Source: Kineococcus radiotolerans SRS30216 = ATCC BAA-149 | GTDB lineage: Bacteria > Actinomycetota > Actinomycetes > Actinomycetales > Kineococcaceae | Assembly: GCF_000017305.1 (NCBI RefSeq) | Contig: NC_009664.2 | Span: 2,460,001-2,492,000, forward strand | Direction of reading: 5' to 3' | Length of the DNA stretch: 32,000 bases | Shown: piece after piece, positions 9,212 through 17,958 of the stretch | How positions within the stretch are numbered: position 1 is the first letter of the stretch | Layout of the letters: the number at the start of each line of letters is the position of its first letter | Notes under the pieces: generated by a model | Databases searched by the model: none | Told to the model about the DNA's origin: nothing | The model's input: only the letters and a program-made list of their open reading frames with translations | Made by a program: the position numbers and the translations under genes

Positions 9212-12200
9212 GCGAGAGCCTCTCGGCCGCAACTCTCGGAGCTCTCCTCAGCAGCGTCGAGGACGTGGAGTTGCCCTTGCTGACGTGGGGCTACGTCGAG
9301 GGCGCCCTGGACACCTCCGAGGTGCTACGTGCCCTCGAAGTCGGACTTTCTGAGGCCGGCGACGGCGATATGGACGACATCGACGCCGACGAGGTCCTGC
9401 AGCTGCTGGAGGAGCGCGGTCTGCTGGTGCAGGTCAGCCCAGATCGCTGGCGTTCCCGGCTGGCTGAGACGCTGCGATTGACCGCCCACCTGCGGCAACT
9501 GCTCGGCGAGGGCAATGGCCAGTGGTGGTTGCGCGGCCGCTCGTTGGTGTCTGACTTCCGGTTGAACGTGCAGCCGCGACGTTATCCCCGCCGAGATCTG
9601 CCCGGCTCGAACGCTCAGCAGGCCCTGGAGGCCGTGCAGCCACTCACTGATGCCGCGCAGGTAGCGGTCTCGGCCTTTGTGCGACCAGAGCAGCGACTAG
9701 CCCGCTTCCAACTCGATGCATCTACCGCCATCCGCAGTGCCCTGCTCAGCAGTCGCACGGAAGCCGTCATCGTAGCCGCCGGCACCGGCAGTGGTAAGAC
9801 CCTCGCGTTTTACCTGCCAGCCTTCGCGTGGATGAGTGAACGTCTCACAGCGGGGGAGGGCGTGCAGACGCTTGCAATCTATCCGCGAACCGAACTGCTG
9901 AAGGATCAGGTCGGCGAGGCACTGGCCAGTGCGCTGGTCATCAGTGAGCAACTGGCCCAGCATGGGCACCGCCCACTGCGTATCGCCACCCTCTACGGCG
10001 ACACCCCATGGGCAGCATCCTCGCTGGAGTCCGCCAGTTGGCACCAGGAGGCGTGGCCTCACGTGGGCGATGGGCGACGCTGCCCTTATGCGGTATGTCC
10101 ACACTGCCAGTCAGACCTCGTGTGGCTGGACAGCGATCGCTCAGCGACGCCGCCCCGGGAACGACTCGTTTGCCGCGGGTGCGCGAGGACTATTCCTGGT
10201 GATGTGTTGGCGCTGACACGACAATCCATGATCGCCCAGGCGCCAGATGTGCTCTTCACCACCACCGAAATGCTCAACCGCGCCTCCTCCCACCCCAGCC
10301 TGGGGCGCCTGCTCGGCTTCCGCCCCGGCACTGCACGTCCGCGCCTGCTCCTGCTCGATGAGGTTCACACCTACGAGGGGGTCCACGGTGCGCAGGTCGC
10401 ACTCCTTTTGCGCAGGTGGCGCCACGCGATCGGCCAAGCGGTCACCGTGGTCGGCTTGAGCGCCACACTGCGCGACGCGGACACGTTCATGGCGCGACTC
10501 GTCGGCATTTCTGAGGCCGACGTCACCTTGATCGAACCGGCAGAAGTTGACTTGGTCGACGAAGGCAGGCAATACCAGCTGGTCATCCGAGGTGACGCCA
10601 CCTCAGGAGCGAGTCTGCTCTCAACGACCATCCAGACCTCCATGCTTCTCGGCCGTGTCTTGGACCCACCTCATACCGCAAACACCATTCACGGCAGCAA
10701 AGGCTTCCTCTTTACTGACGACCTCGATGTCACCAACCGCCTCTTTCACGACCTGAGGGACGCAGAAGGGGAGGGATGGATGTCCAAGCGCCGCAGTGGC
10801 GCGCAGAAGGTGCTGGCCAACCTCCGCTCGCCCCGCCTGCCCGCGTGTAGCTCACGAGACGTCGACGGGCAGGTCTGGACGCTGCCGGAACGCATCGGGC
10901 ACGCACTGCCCGGAATGTTCCCCGCCCGCGGCCTCAAGATCAGTAAAACGTCATCGCAGGATCCAGGAGTCGCCGCCGGCGCCGACCTCGTCGTGGCCAC
11001 AGCGTCGCTCGACGTGGGCTTTAACGACCCGCGGGTGGGGTTGGTCCTACAGCACAAGTCCCCCCGTGACGCCGCGCAGTTCCTCCAGCGACGTGGGCGT
11101 GCCGGACGTACCCGCGACGTCCGCCCCCTGACTGCGGTCGTGCTCAGCGACTTCGGACGTGACCGCTTGACGTATCAGGCCTATGACCAGCTCTTCGACC
11201 CCGAATTGCTGCCCCGGGCACTGCCTGTCGGCAACCGCTACGTCTTGCGGATGCAAGCAACTCTTGCCCTCAAGGACTGGCTGACACGGCAGGTGCAGTG
11301 GCGTGAGGACGCGGGGCGGGTCCTGACCAAGAACGACCGACGCGAGGAGCAAGACCTCCGCGACCGTGTGGCGGAGCTTCTCAACAGTGTCCTCACCGAC
11401 ACGGTCACTCAGGACGCCTTGGCCGAGTACCTGCGCCGCGCCCTGCGCATCGACGCCGACGAGGTGCAGAACCTGCTGTGGGATCCACCCCGAGCCTTGA
11501 TGACTGCGGTGGTGCCCACGCTGCTGCGGCGCCTGCGTACCCTGTGGCGGCCCGTCGGGGAGGACCCAGGCGGTGAGGCGAAGACCTTCGCTGTCGAGTT
11601 CGTGCCACCGGCCTTGTTCGCGGAGTTGAACCTGCCCGAAGTGCAACTGTTGTTGCCCGACAGCTACCGCGGCACCGTGGAGACACGCATGCCGATCCTC
11701 CAAGCGCTTCGCGAAGCGGCACCAGGTCGCATCAGCAAGCGGTTCGCCGTACGTTCCAGCGCCCAGACCACCTGGGTGCCCATCCCCACCGACGCTAGTG
11801 ATGTGCAGTTGCCACTGGGCGACTTCGTCAAGTCCGGCAGCGTGGAAGGGACGTGGCGAGACGACACCAGCGGTGATCAGCGCCGGGTGGTCCGCCCCTA
11901 CCTCATTCAACTGGAGCAGCCACCGCGGACCCTGGCGGAGTCCTCCAACAGTCGCCCCCTGTGGTGCAGCCAGATCGTCGCCGGCGATGGTGAAATCACG
12001 ACCACCCCAGTACCTCAACCATGGTCTGCGCACATCCGTGCGCTCAGCATCCACACGCACGCGAACCGCCGCCCTCTAGAGGTGCGCCGCTTCACCCCAG
12101 GCACCCGCGCCCGCCTGCGCTCATCCGGCGCCCGCACCGCGGACCCCGCGCCGAACAGCACCAGCATCACCTACATCGACCGTCACGGTGACCCCGCCGC

Positions 12201-13677
12201 ACTGGGCTTCGCCCTTGACGTAGACGGACTCCGTGTGAGCGTAAGACTGCCCTCGCCGCAGGCACTGCTTGCCTCACCTCACCTGCGCACCCCAGCGTGG
12301 CGCTCCGCACGCGTGCGCCACCTCATCGCCGCCGACACCTCGCTGGACTCCTTAGCTGATGAGTTCACCCGCCCCTGGCTGGCCCTCACCCTCGAAGTGG
12401 CGCTCCTGACTCGAGCAGTGGATGAGGACATCAGCATCGCCACCGCCTTAGACCGCGTCAGCGAGGCGGACCTCCTCGCCGCCGCCGGCCAGGTGGCAGG
12501 CGCCGAGGCGCCAACAACTGACGCCAAAGCAGACGGAGCCCACGACGAACCGAACAGTGACGCGTCGGAAATCCGCGACCTTCACGGCCGCTTGCGAGCG
12601 GCCCTGACATCCACCACGGTGCGTGACGCGCTGCTGCAACATGCGCAGGCCCTCCATGCCGACCCTGGACCAGCGGACGCGCGTTTCGCACAGCAGGTCT
12701 TCGCCCGCACCCTGGGTGCCGCCCTGCAACGGACGTGTCTACTGATCGTAAGCAACGCCCAAGACAATGACCTCGTGCTTGACGTTGTCGACGACGAGGA
12801 AGAATCAACAATCTGGCTGACGGAAGCCACGGTCGGTGGCGCAGGCATCATCGAAGCGATAACCGCCGAGTACGCCCGCAACCCCCGACGCTTTTGGCGC
12901 CTCACCCTCAACGCCCTAGAAGCGGGGGAGTACGAGACGCTTGATCACGAGTTGAGCCGCCTCGTCGCCGACCTCAGCGGGGACCCCGACGGCGCACTCG
13001 CCCTCGCCGTCCGGGCAGTCCGCACCGCTACCTCGGCGCACGACACCCGAGCACACCTGGACCGGCTACATCAAGCCCTCACCATCGCCGGCTATGCCAC
13101 CACCCACCCCGTGCTGGCCGCTATCGCCATCCGCCTGCTACGACCGGGCACGACGCCACGCTTCGATGACGCCCTGCACCGTCTCGCGCAAGGGTGGAGC
13201 CGGGTCAGCCAGCAGTTGGGCATGGACATCGACGCGCGGGCGTGGTCCCTCATCGCCGGCCGGGCACTGCCCGACATCACCGACGTGTTTTCCACACCAG
13301 ACCATATCTACGCCAGCCTCTGGCCGCGCGGAAGTGAGGTCTTCCACCGTGACCTGGCCATCTATGCCCCCTATGTCGATCGCGTCCTGCCACTGAACCG
13401 CCATCTCACCGCCGCACTGTTCAGCGAGACGGTGGCCGAGGTGTCCGTCACGGAGGCGGACTGGCGGCAACGCGTGCAAGATGCCGTGGTAGAGCAAGGC
13501 CTGGTCGACCTGACCGCGCCCGTGGATAAGGTCGCAGTGTTGAAGGCGGCACTGCTGCACCTCAGCGTCGACCCGTTGGACAGCGGCTACATGCTCCTAC
13601 ACCCCGTCCTGCACGCCCTGCGCCGCAGTGGTGGCCACTTCACCGCGCGACTGGAACTGAGGGAGGCCGAGCAGTGA
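9196..13677 (+). CDS. dpdJ: Very large DExH-box (superfamily 2) helicase; DpdJ-like
   Basis: Motif I AAGTGSGKTLAF, motif II LLLLDEVHTYEG, motif III SATL, motif VI QRRGRAGR. A four-Cys zinc-ribbon-like insert lies between motifs I and II (CPYAVCPHC...CRGC, nt 10081-10182). About 800 aa of C-terminal extension. The start is GTG 9196 or in-frame GTG 9208, which gives a GTGA overlap with the dpdI stop. Confidence 0.8.
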   Translation: MERLVSESLSAATLGALLSSVEDVELPLLTWGYVEGALDTSEVLRALEVGLSEAGDGDMDDIDADEVLQLLEERGLLVQVSPDRWRSRLAETLRLTAHLRQLLGEGNGQWWLRGRSLVSDFRLNVQPRRYPRRDLPGSNAQQALEAVQPLTDAAQVAVSAFVRPEQRLARFQLDASTAIRSALLSSRTEAVIVAAGTGSGKTLAFYLPAFAWMSERLTAGEGVQTLAIYPRTELLKDQVGEALASALVISEQLAQHGHRPLRIATLYGDTPWAASSLESASWHQEAWPHVGDGRRCPYAVCPHCQSDLVWLDSDRSATPPRERLVCRGCARTIPGDVLALTRQSMIAQAPDVLFTTTEMLNRASSHPSLGRLLGFRPGTARPRLLLLDEVHTYEGVHGAQVALLLRRWRHAIGQAVTVVGLSATLRDADTFMARLVGISEADVTLIEPAEVDLVDEGRQYQLVIRGDATSGASLLSTTIQTSMLLGRVLDPPHTANTIHGSKGFLFTDDLDVTNRLFHDLRDAEGEGWMSKRRSGAQKVLANLRSPRLPACSSRDVDGQVWTLPERIGHALPGMFPARGLKISKTSSQDPGVAAGADLVVATASLDVGFNDPRVGLVLQHKSPRDAAQFLQRRGRAGRTRDVRPLTAVVLSDFGRDRLTYQAYDQLFDPELLPRALPVGNRYVLRMQATLALKDWLTRQVQWREDAGRVLTKNDRREEQDLRDRVAELLNSVLTDTVTQDALAEYLRRALRIDADEVQNLLWDPPRALMTAVVPTLLRRLRTLWRPVGEDPGGEAKTFAVEFVPPALFAELNLPEVQLLLPDSYRGTVETRMPILQALREAAPGRISKRFAVRSSAQTTWVPIPTDASDVQLPLGDFVKSGSVEGTWRDDTSGDQRRVVRPYLIQLEQPPRTLAESSNSRPLWCSQIVAGDGEITTTPVPQPWSAHIRALSIHTHANRRPLEVRRFTPGTRARLRSSGARTADPAPNSTSITYIDRHGDPAALGFALDVDGLRVSVRLPSPQALLASPHLRTPAWRSARVRHLIAADTSLDSLADEFTRPWLALTLEVALLTRAVDEDISIATALDRVSEADLLAAAGQVAGAEAPTTDAKADGAHDEPNSDASEIRDLHGRLRAALTSTTVRDALLQHAQALHADPGPADARFAQQVFARTLGAALQRTCLLIVSNAQDNDLVLDVVDDEEESTIWLTEATVGGAGIIEAITAEYARNPRRFWRLTLNALEAGEYETLDHELSRLVADLSGDPDGALALAVRAVRTATSAHDTRAHLDRLHQALTIAGYATTHPVLAAIAIRLLRPGTTPRFDDALHRLAQGWSRVSQQLGMDIDARAWSLIAGRALPDITDVFSTPDHIYASLWPRGSEVFHRDLAIYAPYVDRVLPLNRHLTAALFSETVAEVSVTEADWRQRVQDAVVEQGLVDLTAPVDKVAVLKAALLHLSVDPLDSGYMLLHPVLHALRRSGGHFTARLELREAEQ

Positions 13678-14192
13678 GGGCACGCACGATCCGGCGCGGG
13701 CACAACCGCACCACCGATGATCTACGCGCGCTGATGCAATCCCTCTTCGTCGCAGAACTTCTGCAACCCAGCGACGAACTGTGGCTGATCAGCCCATGGA
13801 TCAGTGACATTGCTGTCATCGACAACGCTGACCTCGGCTTCAGCGGCCTCCAGCCTGACTGGGGTGCGCGCGACATCCTGCTGAGTGAAATCCTCGGCGC
13901 CCTCACGGTGCGGGGATGCGCGGTCTACGTCGAGTTGCGTCCCGATGACCACAACACCCGTTTCGTGAAGCGTCTGCGCGCTGCCGCCCCCTCCGGCGCT
14001 TCCTTGAACCTGCGCACTTCCGAAGTCCTGCACGAGAAAGGACTTCTTGCCGACAGTTTCATCCTGAGCGGCTCGATGAACGTCACTTATAGTGGCGTGC
14101 AGTTGCTCGACGAGCTCGTGAGACTGGACACGTCAGCGTCAGCCATCGCCGAGGCGCGCCTCGCATTCCGTGCCCGCTGGGGGATCGCCTGA
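13674..14192 (+). CDS. dpdK: Phospholipase D-family (single HKD) nuclease; DpdK-like
   Basis: Canonical motif H-x-K-x4-D-x6-G-S-x-N: LHEKGLLADSFILSGSMN (nt 14031-14081). At 172 aa with one HKD copy it should act as a dimer, as Nuc/BfiI-type nucleases do. GTGA overlap with the dpdJ stop. Confidence 0.85.
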   Translation: MRARTIRRGHNRTTDDLRALMQSLFVAELLQPSDELWLISPWISDIAVIDNADLGFSGLQPDWGARDILLSEILGALTVRGCAVYVELRPDDHNTRFVKRLRAAAPSGASLNLRTSEVLHEKGLLADSFILSGSMNVTYSGVQLLDELVRLDTSASAIAEARLAFRARWGIA

Positions 14193-16363
14193 TGGACACC
14201 GCCCAATTCATGACAACGTGGTTCGGCCCCGGCAACGACTTCACGCTCCCTAGCTCGTGGGAGACCGACCCGCGCTACACGCGAATGCGGCCCTTCCTGC
14301 TGGACCTCGACGCGATCCCGAATCAACCTCTATTTCTGCCCCGACTGCAAGCCGCCGGGCGCCTCATGTACGCCACGGCTTTCAACGCGGCTCAAGCGCG
14401 GCAACTTCAGGAGGCACTCACCGCATTCGTGGGCCCCAGCTATAGCAATTTTGACCCGGTCCCGACGCGACTCAACGCCCACGACCCCCTGGAAAGCGCC
14501 CTGCAGCGACTCGGGACGCACACCACCTGGCGACTCACGGTGCCGACAGCAGCCTGGGAGGCGGCATGGCAAGCCGCCGCACTGCTGCGCGCGACGTGGC
14601 TTCGGCGACCCTGGCGCGAAGCAGACACCCCCACCCCGGTAGGGCGACTTCTGCGCGACTTCCGCCTGTCCCTCGCCGCCGGTGACGAGGCTCTCTCTGC
14701 ACGCTACCTTCAGCGGCTCATCGACTCGGGGTCACTGGACACGGCCAACATCACCTACCTCAAGATTCGCCGACTCAATGCTCTCGGGGCGCGTGAGCGC
14801 ACTCTGGACCTACCCGAGTTCGATGACGTTTTGCGGATGCGGCTACCTCGCGGGGTGCGCCAGGTCCTGCTGGCAGCAGTCCATGAGCGGTATCTGGGCG
14901 ACGCAGAAGCCCACCAGGACACCGCCTGGGCCCGCCAAGCGCTGCAGCGACACCCGCACTTAAGCGCCCTACAGAGCGGGGGAGACGTCACCGGGCCGCG
15001 GGAAGCACTCAGTACGCTGCTGGTCCTCAACCGCCTCTACCCCAACCAAGCGCAGGCTCCCAACGAAGAGCTTTGGCGGGATGACCCGTGGCTGCGCGCC
15101 CTCGCCGAAGACATACCGCCTGCTGCGACCAGTCCCGCCCCGGCAACCGCACCGGCAGTCGAACCGGATGTTCCGGCATTGCTGAACGCTGCCCGCTACG
15201 CCGAGGCGTGGGACAAGATCCAGGTCTTGCCGCGTGGACCTGAGCGGGACCGCCTCGCGGTGATGTGTGCACTCAACTTGGATGATGCGCAGTGCAGTCT
15301 CGGGCTCGCTGCGGAATTCACTCAGCAAGGTGAGGACTATCTCACGAGCATCGCAGTGCCTGGCTGGCTTCAAGAGTCGTGGCAGCGACATCTGCGCCAG
15401 GTGGCCGGCCTCAATGGTCAACCGCAGGCTTGGGCGGACCTGCTGCGCCTGGCGGCCGCCGGTTCCATGACAGCCGGGATGCTCACGGCCTTGGAGGAGG
15501 TCATCGACGGTTGGCCCAGTCCGGGCGCCGACGACGACACCATTGCCGCGATCCTGGAAGCGAACTCGCTGTCTGGACCTGGGCTGACTCAGACCCTGGA
15601 CGTAATCCCCCTGCTCTTGCAGAGCGTGGAAGCCGGTGAGGCGCCACGGACCAGTGGCGGTGTATTGCAGTTGCTCATATTCTCGGAGGAGTACACCGCC
15701 GCCACGCTGTCAGCGTTGGCCGTGGCCTTGCAGCGCTTTCTCGCTGCATCTCCGGAGGGTGCCACCTACGGTGACACCCTCGGCATGCTCAGCGAGACCA
15801 GCGCACGCTGGGTGCAGGTGCGCACGGCAGACACCGTTCTGGACCTCATTGACGTCATCCTCGCCGGTCCAAACATCGCACCTAGTGCACGCGTGGCCAC
15901 ATGTGGGGAGTTGTTGACGCGACTGCGGTCCTTCGCCGTGCGCCTCAGCCCAGCCCAACTCGTCCTTGCTTCAGCACTCAGCGATGAGGTTGACTGCGCC
16001 CTCAGTTGGCCACTGCCTCAGGCAGACGTAGCAAACGTTGCCGACGCGTCGGCGCAGATCACAGCGACCGTCCTGTTGTACAGCCTGCAGGAGCACGTAC
16101 TGCAACGTGCAGAACAGGCCCTGTCTTTCCTCTTTCCGCGTGTGACCGTGCACACCAGCAGTCACCTGGCCGGCACGAGCCAACTGCGGGACCAAGCCAG
16201 GGCTTGCGACGTGCTGGTCGTTGCTACAACGCGCGCTAGCCACGCGGCGACGGACTTCCTGCAGCGGCACAAGACCGGATCGATCGTCTATCCCAGTGGC
16301 GCCGGGTCAGGATCGATGCTGCGCGCTGCCACTGAGGCACTGCTGAGGCTGTCCGAGGAGTGA
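14192..16363 (+). CDS. 723-aa protein of unknown function, last gene of the restriction operon (a DpdD equivalent or an extra component)
   Basis: The ATG overlaps the dpdK stop (TGATG). High GC3 throughout. Ala/Leu-rich and helical-repeat-like over most of its length. The C-terminal ~100 aa (ITATVLLYSLQEH...ACDVLVVATTRASHAATDFLQ...GSIVYPSGAGSGSM) resembles a small Rossmann/DUF2325-like module, judged from memory. Confidence 0.6.
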   Translation: MDTAQFMTTWFGPGNDFTLPSSWETDPRYTRMRPFLLDLDAIPNQPLFLPRLQAAGRLMYATAFNAAQARQLQEALTAFVGPSYSNFDPVPTRLNAHDPLESALQRLGTHTTWRLTVPTAAWEAAWQAAALLRATWLRRPWREADTPTPVGRLLRDFRLSLAAGDEALSARYLQRLIDSGSLDTANITYLKIRRLNALGARERTLDLPEFDDVLRMRLPRGVRQVLLAAVHERYLGDAEAHQDTAWARQALQRHPHLSALQSGGDVTGPREALSTLLVLNRLYPNQAQAPNEELWRDDPWLRALAEDIPPAATSPAPATAPAVEPDVPALLNAARYAEAWDKIQVLPRGPERDRLAVMCALNLDDAQCSLGLAAEFTQQGEDYLTSIAVPGWLQESWQRHLRQVAGLNGQPQAWADLLRLAAAGSMTAGMLTALEEVIDGWPSPGADDDTIAAILEANSLSGPGLTQTLDVIPLLLQSVEAGEAPRTSGGVLQLLIFSEEYTAATLSALAVALQRFLAASPEGATYGDTLGMLSETSARWVQVRTADTVLDLIDVILAGPNIAPSARVATCGELLTRLRSFAVRLSPAQLVLASALSDEVDCALSWPLPQADVANVADASAQITATVLLYSLQEHVLQRAEQALSFLFPRVTVHTSSHLAGTSQLRDQARACDVLVVATTRASHAATDFLQRHKTGSIVYPSGAGSGSMLRAATEALLRLSEE

Positions 16364-16379
16364 GCAGTGGTCGGGTCTG

Positions 16380-16395
16380 CTGCGCTTCAGCGCAG
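16380..16395 (+). terminator. Weak stem-loop downstream of the restriction operon
   Basis: ctgcgc-ttca-gcgcag: 6-bp GC stem with a tetraloop, 17 nt after the stop at 16363. No U tract. Confidence 0.2.
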
Positions 16396-16561
16396 GGCCT
16401 GACCCCACTGTGACCTCGCCGTGAGCCCAGCGACGTTGACCCGGCGCCGCAACACCCGCGGCACCCTCTGCCCTAGCAGCACAGGGCTAGGTGTCGAGGC
16501 GCGTGCATCCACACTGCGTGCTCATGCTGCGGGCTTCAGTACACGACCTGGAAACAAGGAG

Positions 16562-16586
16562 GGGTCTGCTGCACTGATCGGTGACA
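16562..16586 (+). repeat. IS left terminal inverted repeat
   Basis: Exact reverse complement of 17852-17876. Confidence 0.9.
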
Positions 16587-16657
16587 ACCTGACGTGCCCC
16601 ACCCTCTGATTACCTCACCTCCTGTGAAGATCGAGCTTTTCCTGAGAGGCTCTGATC

Positions 16658-16953
16658 ATGCCCAGACCGTTCCCACCGAGTTCCGAGCCAGGGCTGTGGC
16701 CCTCGTCCGGGCGGGCAAACCCGTCACGACTGCGGCCATCGAGCTCGTCATCAGCGCGGGCGCGCTGCACAAGTAGGTTCGTCAAGACCAGATCGACCGC
16801 GGTGAACGCAACGGGTTGAAGAGCCCCGAAAGCGCGGAGCTGACCCAAGCCAAGAAGCGCATCCATCAACTCGAAGTCGAAGTGGAGATTCTACGACAGG
16901 CCGCTCACCTGCTCGGGGAGGATCGACCCCACCCAAAAGGATTCACCCGGTGA
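16658..16953 (+). pseudogene. IS3 orfA (HTH plus leucine zipper), disrupted
   Basis: GAGAGG RBS followed by ATG 16658 gives MPRPFPP. A 1-nt shift near 16675-16678 is then needed to read EFRARAVALVRAGKPVTTAAIELVISAGALHK. In-frame TAG at 16774-16776 falls where family members have Trp (..HKWVRQ), consistent with TGG->TAG. The frame then continues VRQDQIDRGE...KKRIHQLEVEVEILRQAAHLL. Confidence 0.75.
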
Positions 16954-17806
16954 TCGACGTCCTCGTCGACGCTGGGCACCCGGTCAAGCTCTCCTGCCGC
17001 CTGCTGGGCGTCAGTAGCCCTGGCTACTACCGCTACAAGCACCGTCCCATCGCGCCGCGGACGATCCGCCGGGAATGGCTCACCGGGCTGATCCGAGAGG
17101 TTTACACCGCCTCCCGCCAGACCTACGGTTCCCGTCGCGTCCACGCTGTGCTCACCCAGGCGATGGGCGTGCAAGTCAGTGAGCGTCTCGTCGCGGTGCT
17201 GATGAGTCTGGCTGGGATCGCTGGACTTCCCGGGCCGGCGAAGGTCAAACGCCTCAGCGGCATTGCCATCGCGGACGACTGGTGTACCGCAAGTTTCATC
17301 GGCTGTCACCCAACGAGTTGTGGGTCACCGACATCACCGAGCATCCCACCCGGGAGGGCAAGGTGTACTGCTGCGCGGTGATGGACACGTTCTCGCGCCG
17401 GATCGTGGGCTGGGCCATCGACACCGCCCAAGTCTCCAACCTCGTCGTCAACGCCCTCGACATGGCCATCAAGAACCGCAACCCACCGGCCGGCGGTATT
17501 GTGCATGCGGATCACGGAGTTCAATTCACGTCGTGGGCCTTCACCAACAAGATCCGGGCTGCGAGGTTGATGCCGTCGTTCGGAACCATCGGCGACGGTT
17601 GTGACAACGCGATGATGGGATCGTTCTGGTCCAGCATGCAGATCGAGCTGCTGAACCGGAAGAAGTGGCGAACCCGCATCGAGTTGGCGAACGCGATCTT
17701 CGACTACATCGAGATCTTCTACAACCGCCAGCGTCGCCACTCCCGGCTCGACTACGTCAGCCCGGTTGAGCATGAACTACGCTACAAGGCGGCCGCCCCC
17801 ACTTGA
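16950..17806 (+). pseudogene. IS3 orfB (DDE transposase/integrase core), frameshifted
   Basis: Frame 3 reads IDVLVDAGHPVKLSCRLLGVSSPGYYRY...SGIAIADD. The homologous reading then continues in frame 2 from ~17282 (VYRKFHRLSPNELWVTDITEH...). Restoring one nt (gac gac Ctg gtg tac) would rejoin the two parts. Confidence 0.8.
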
Positions 17807-17851
17807 TCTTCACACCGCAGTGGGTAACCAAGGGGTGGGGCGGGTCATAGC

Positions 17852-17876
17852 TGTCACCGATCAGTGCAGCAGACCC
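17852..17876 (-). repeat. IS right terminal inverted repeat
   Basis: Exact reverse complement of 16562-16586. Confidence 0.9.
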
Positions 17877-17958
17877 GAGTTTCGATGCGCGCCGGTGCAC
17901 GCGCGGGCCAGGGTAGTGGCGCGCGCTGTAGAGGTCGGTACGGTGCTTGAAGGCGGCA

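Larger units (their letters stand above)
16562..17876 (+). mobile_element. IS3-family insertion sequence (1315 bp), transposase genes decayed
   Basis: Perfect 25-bp terminal inverted repeats GGGTCTGCTGCACTGATCGGTGACA, with imperfect similarity continuing to ~75 bp. Flanked by direct GAG at 16559-16561 and 17877-17879. orfA/orfB layout with an A-AAA-G slippery site (16935-16939) in the -1 overlap. DDE residues occur in the contexts WVTDITE, HADHGVQF and DNAMMGSFWSSMQIE. Confidence 0.9.

Noticed and set aside
11047-12060. 337-aa ORF on the minus strand inside dpdJ, and similar long antisense ORFs elsewhere: 631-1107, 6160-6678, 6880-7386, 18952-19632, 20210-20857, 21774-22304, 26615-27307, 27845-28741 and 29317-30165.
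   Set aside because: These are typical high-GC shadow ORFs. Each lies wholly antisense to a gene with clear family motifs. Their translations are Arg/Gly/Pro-rich without motifs, and they lack RBS or start context.
16421-16609. 62-aa ORF in the gap before the IS.
   Set aside because: It crosses the IS left boundary, so it cannot predate the insertion. It has no RBS and its sequence does not look protein-like.
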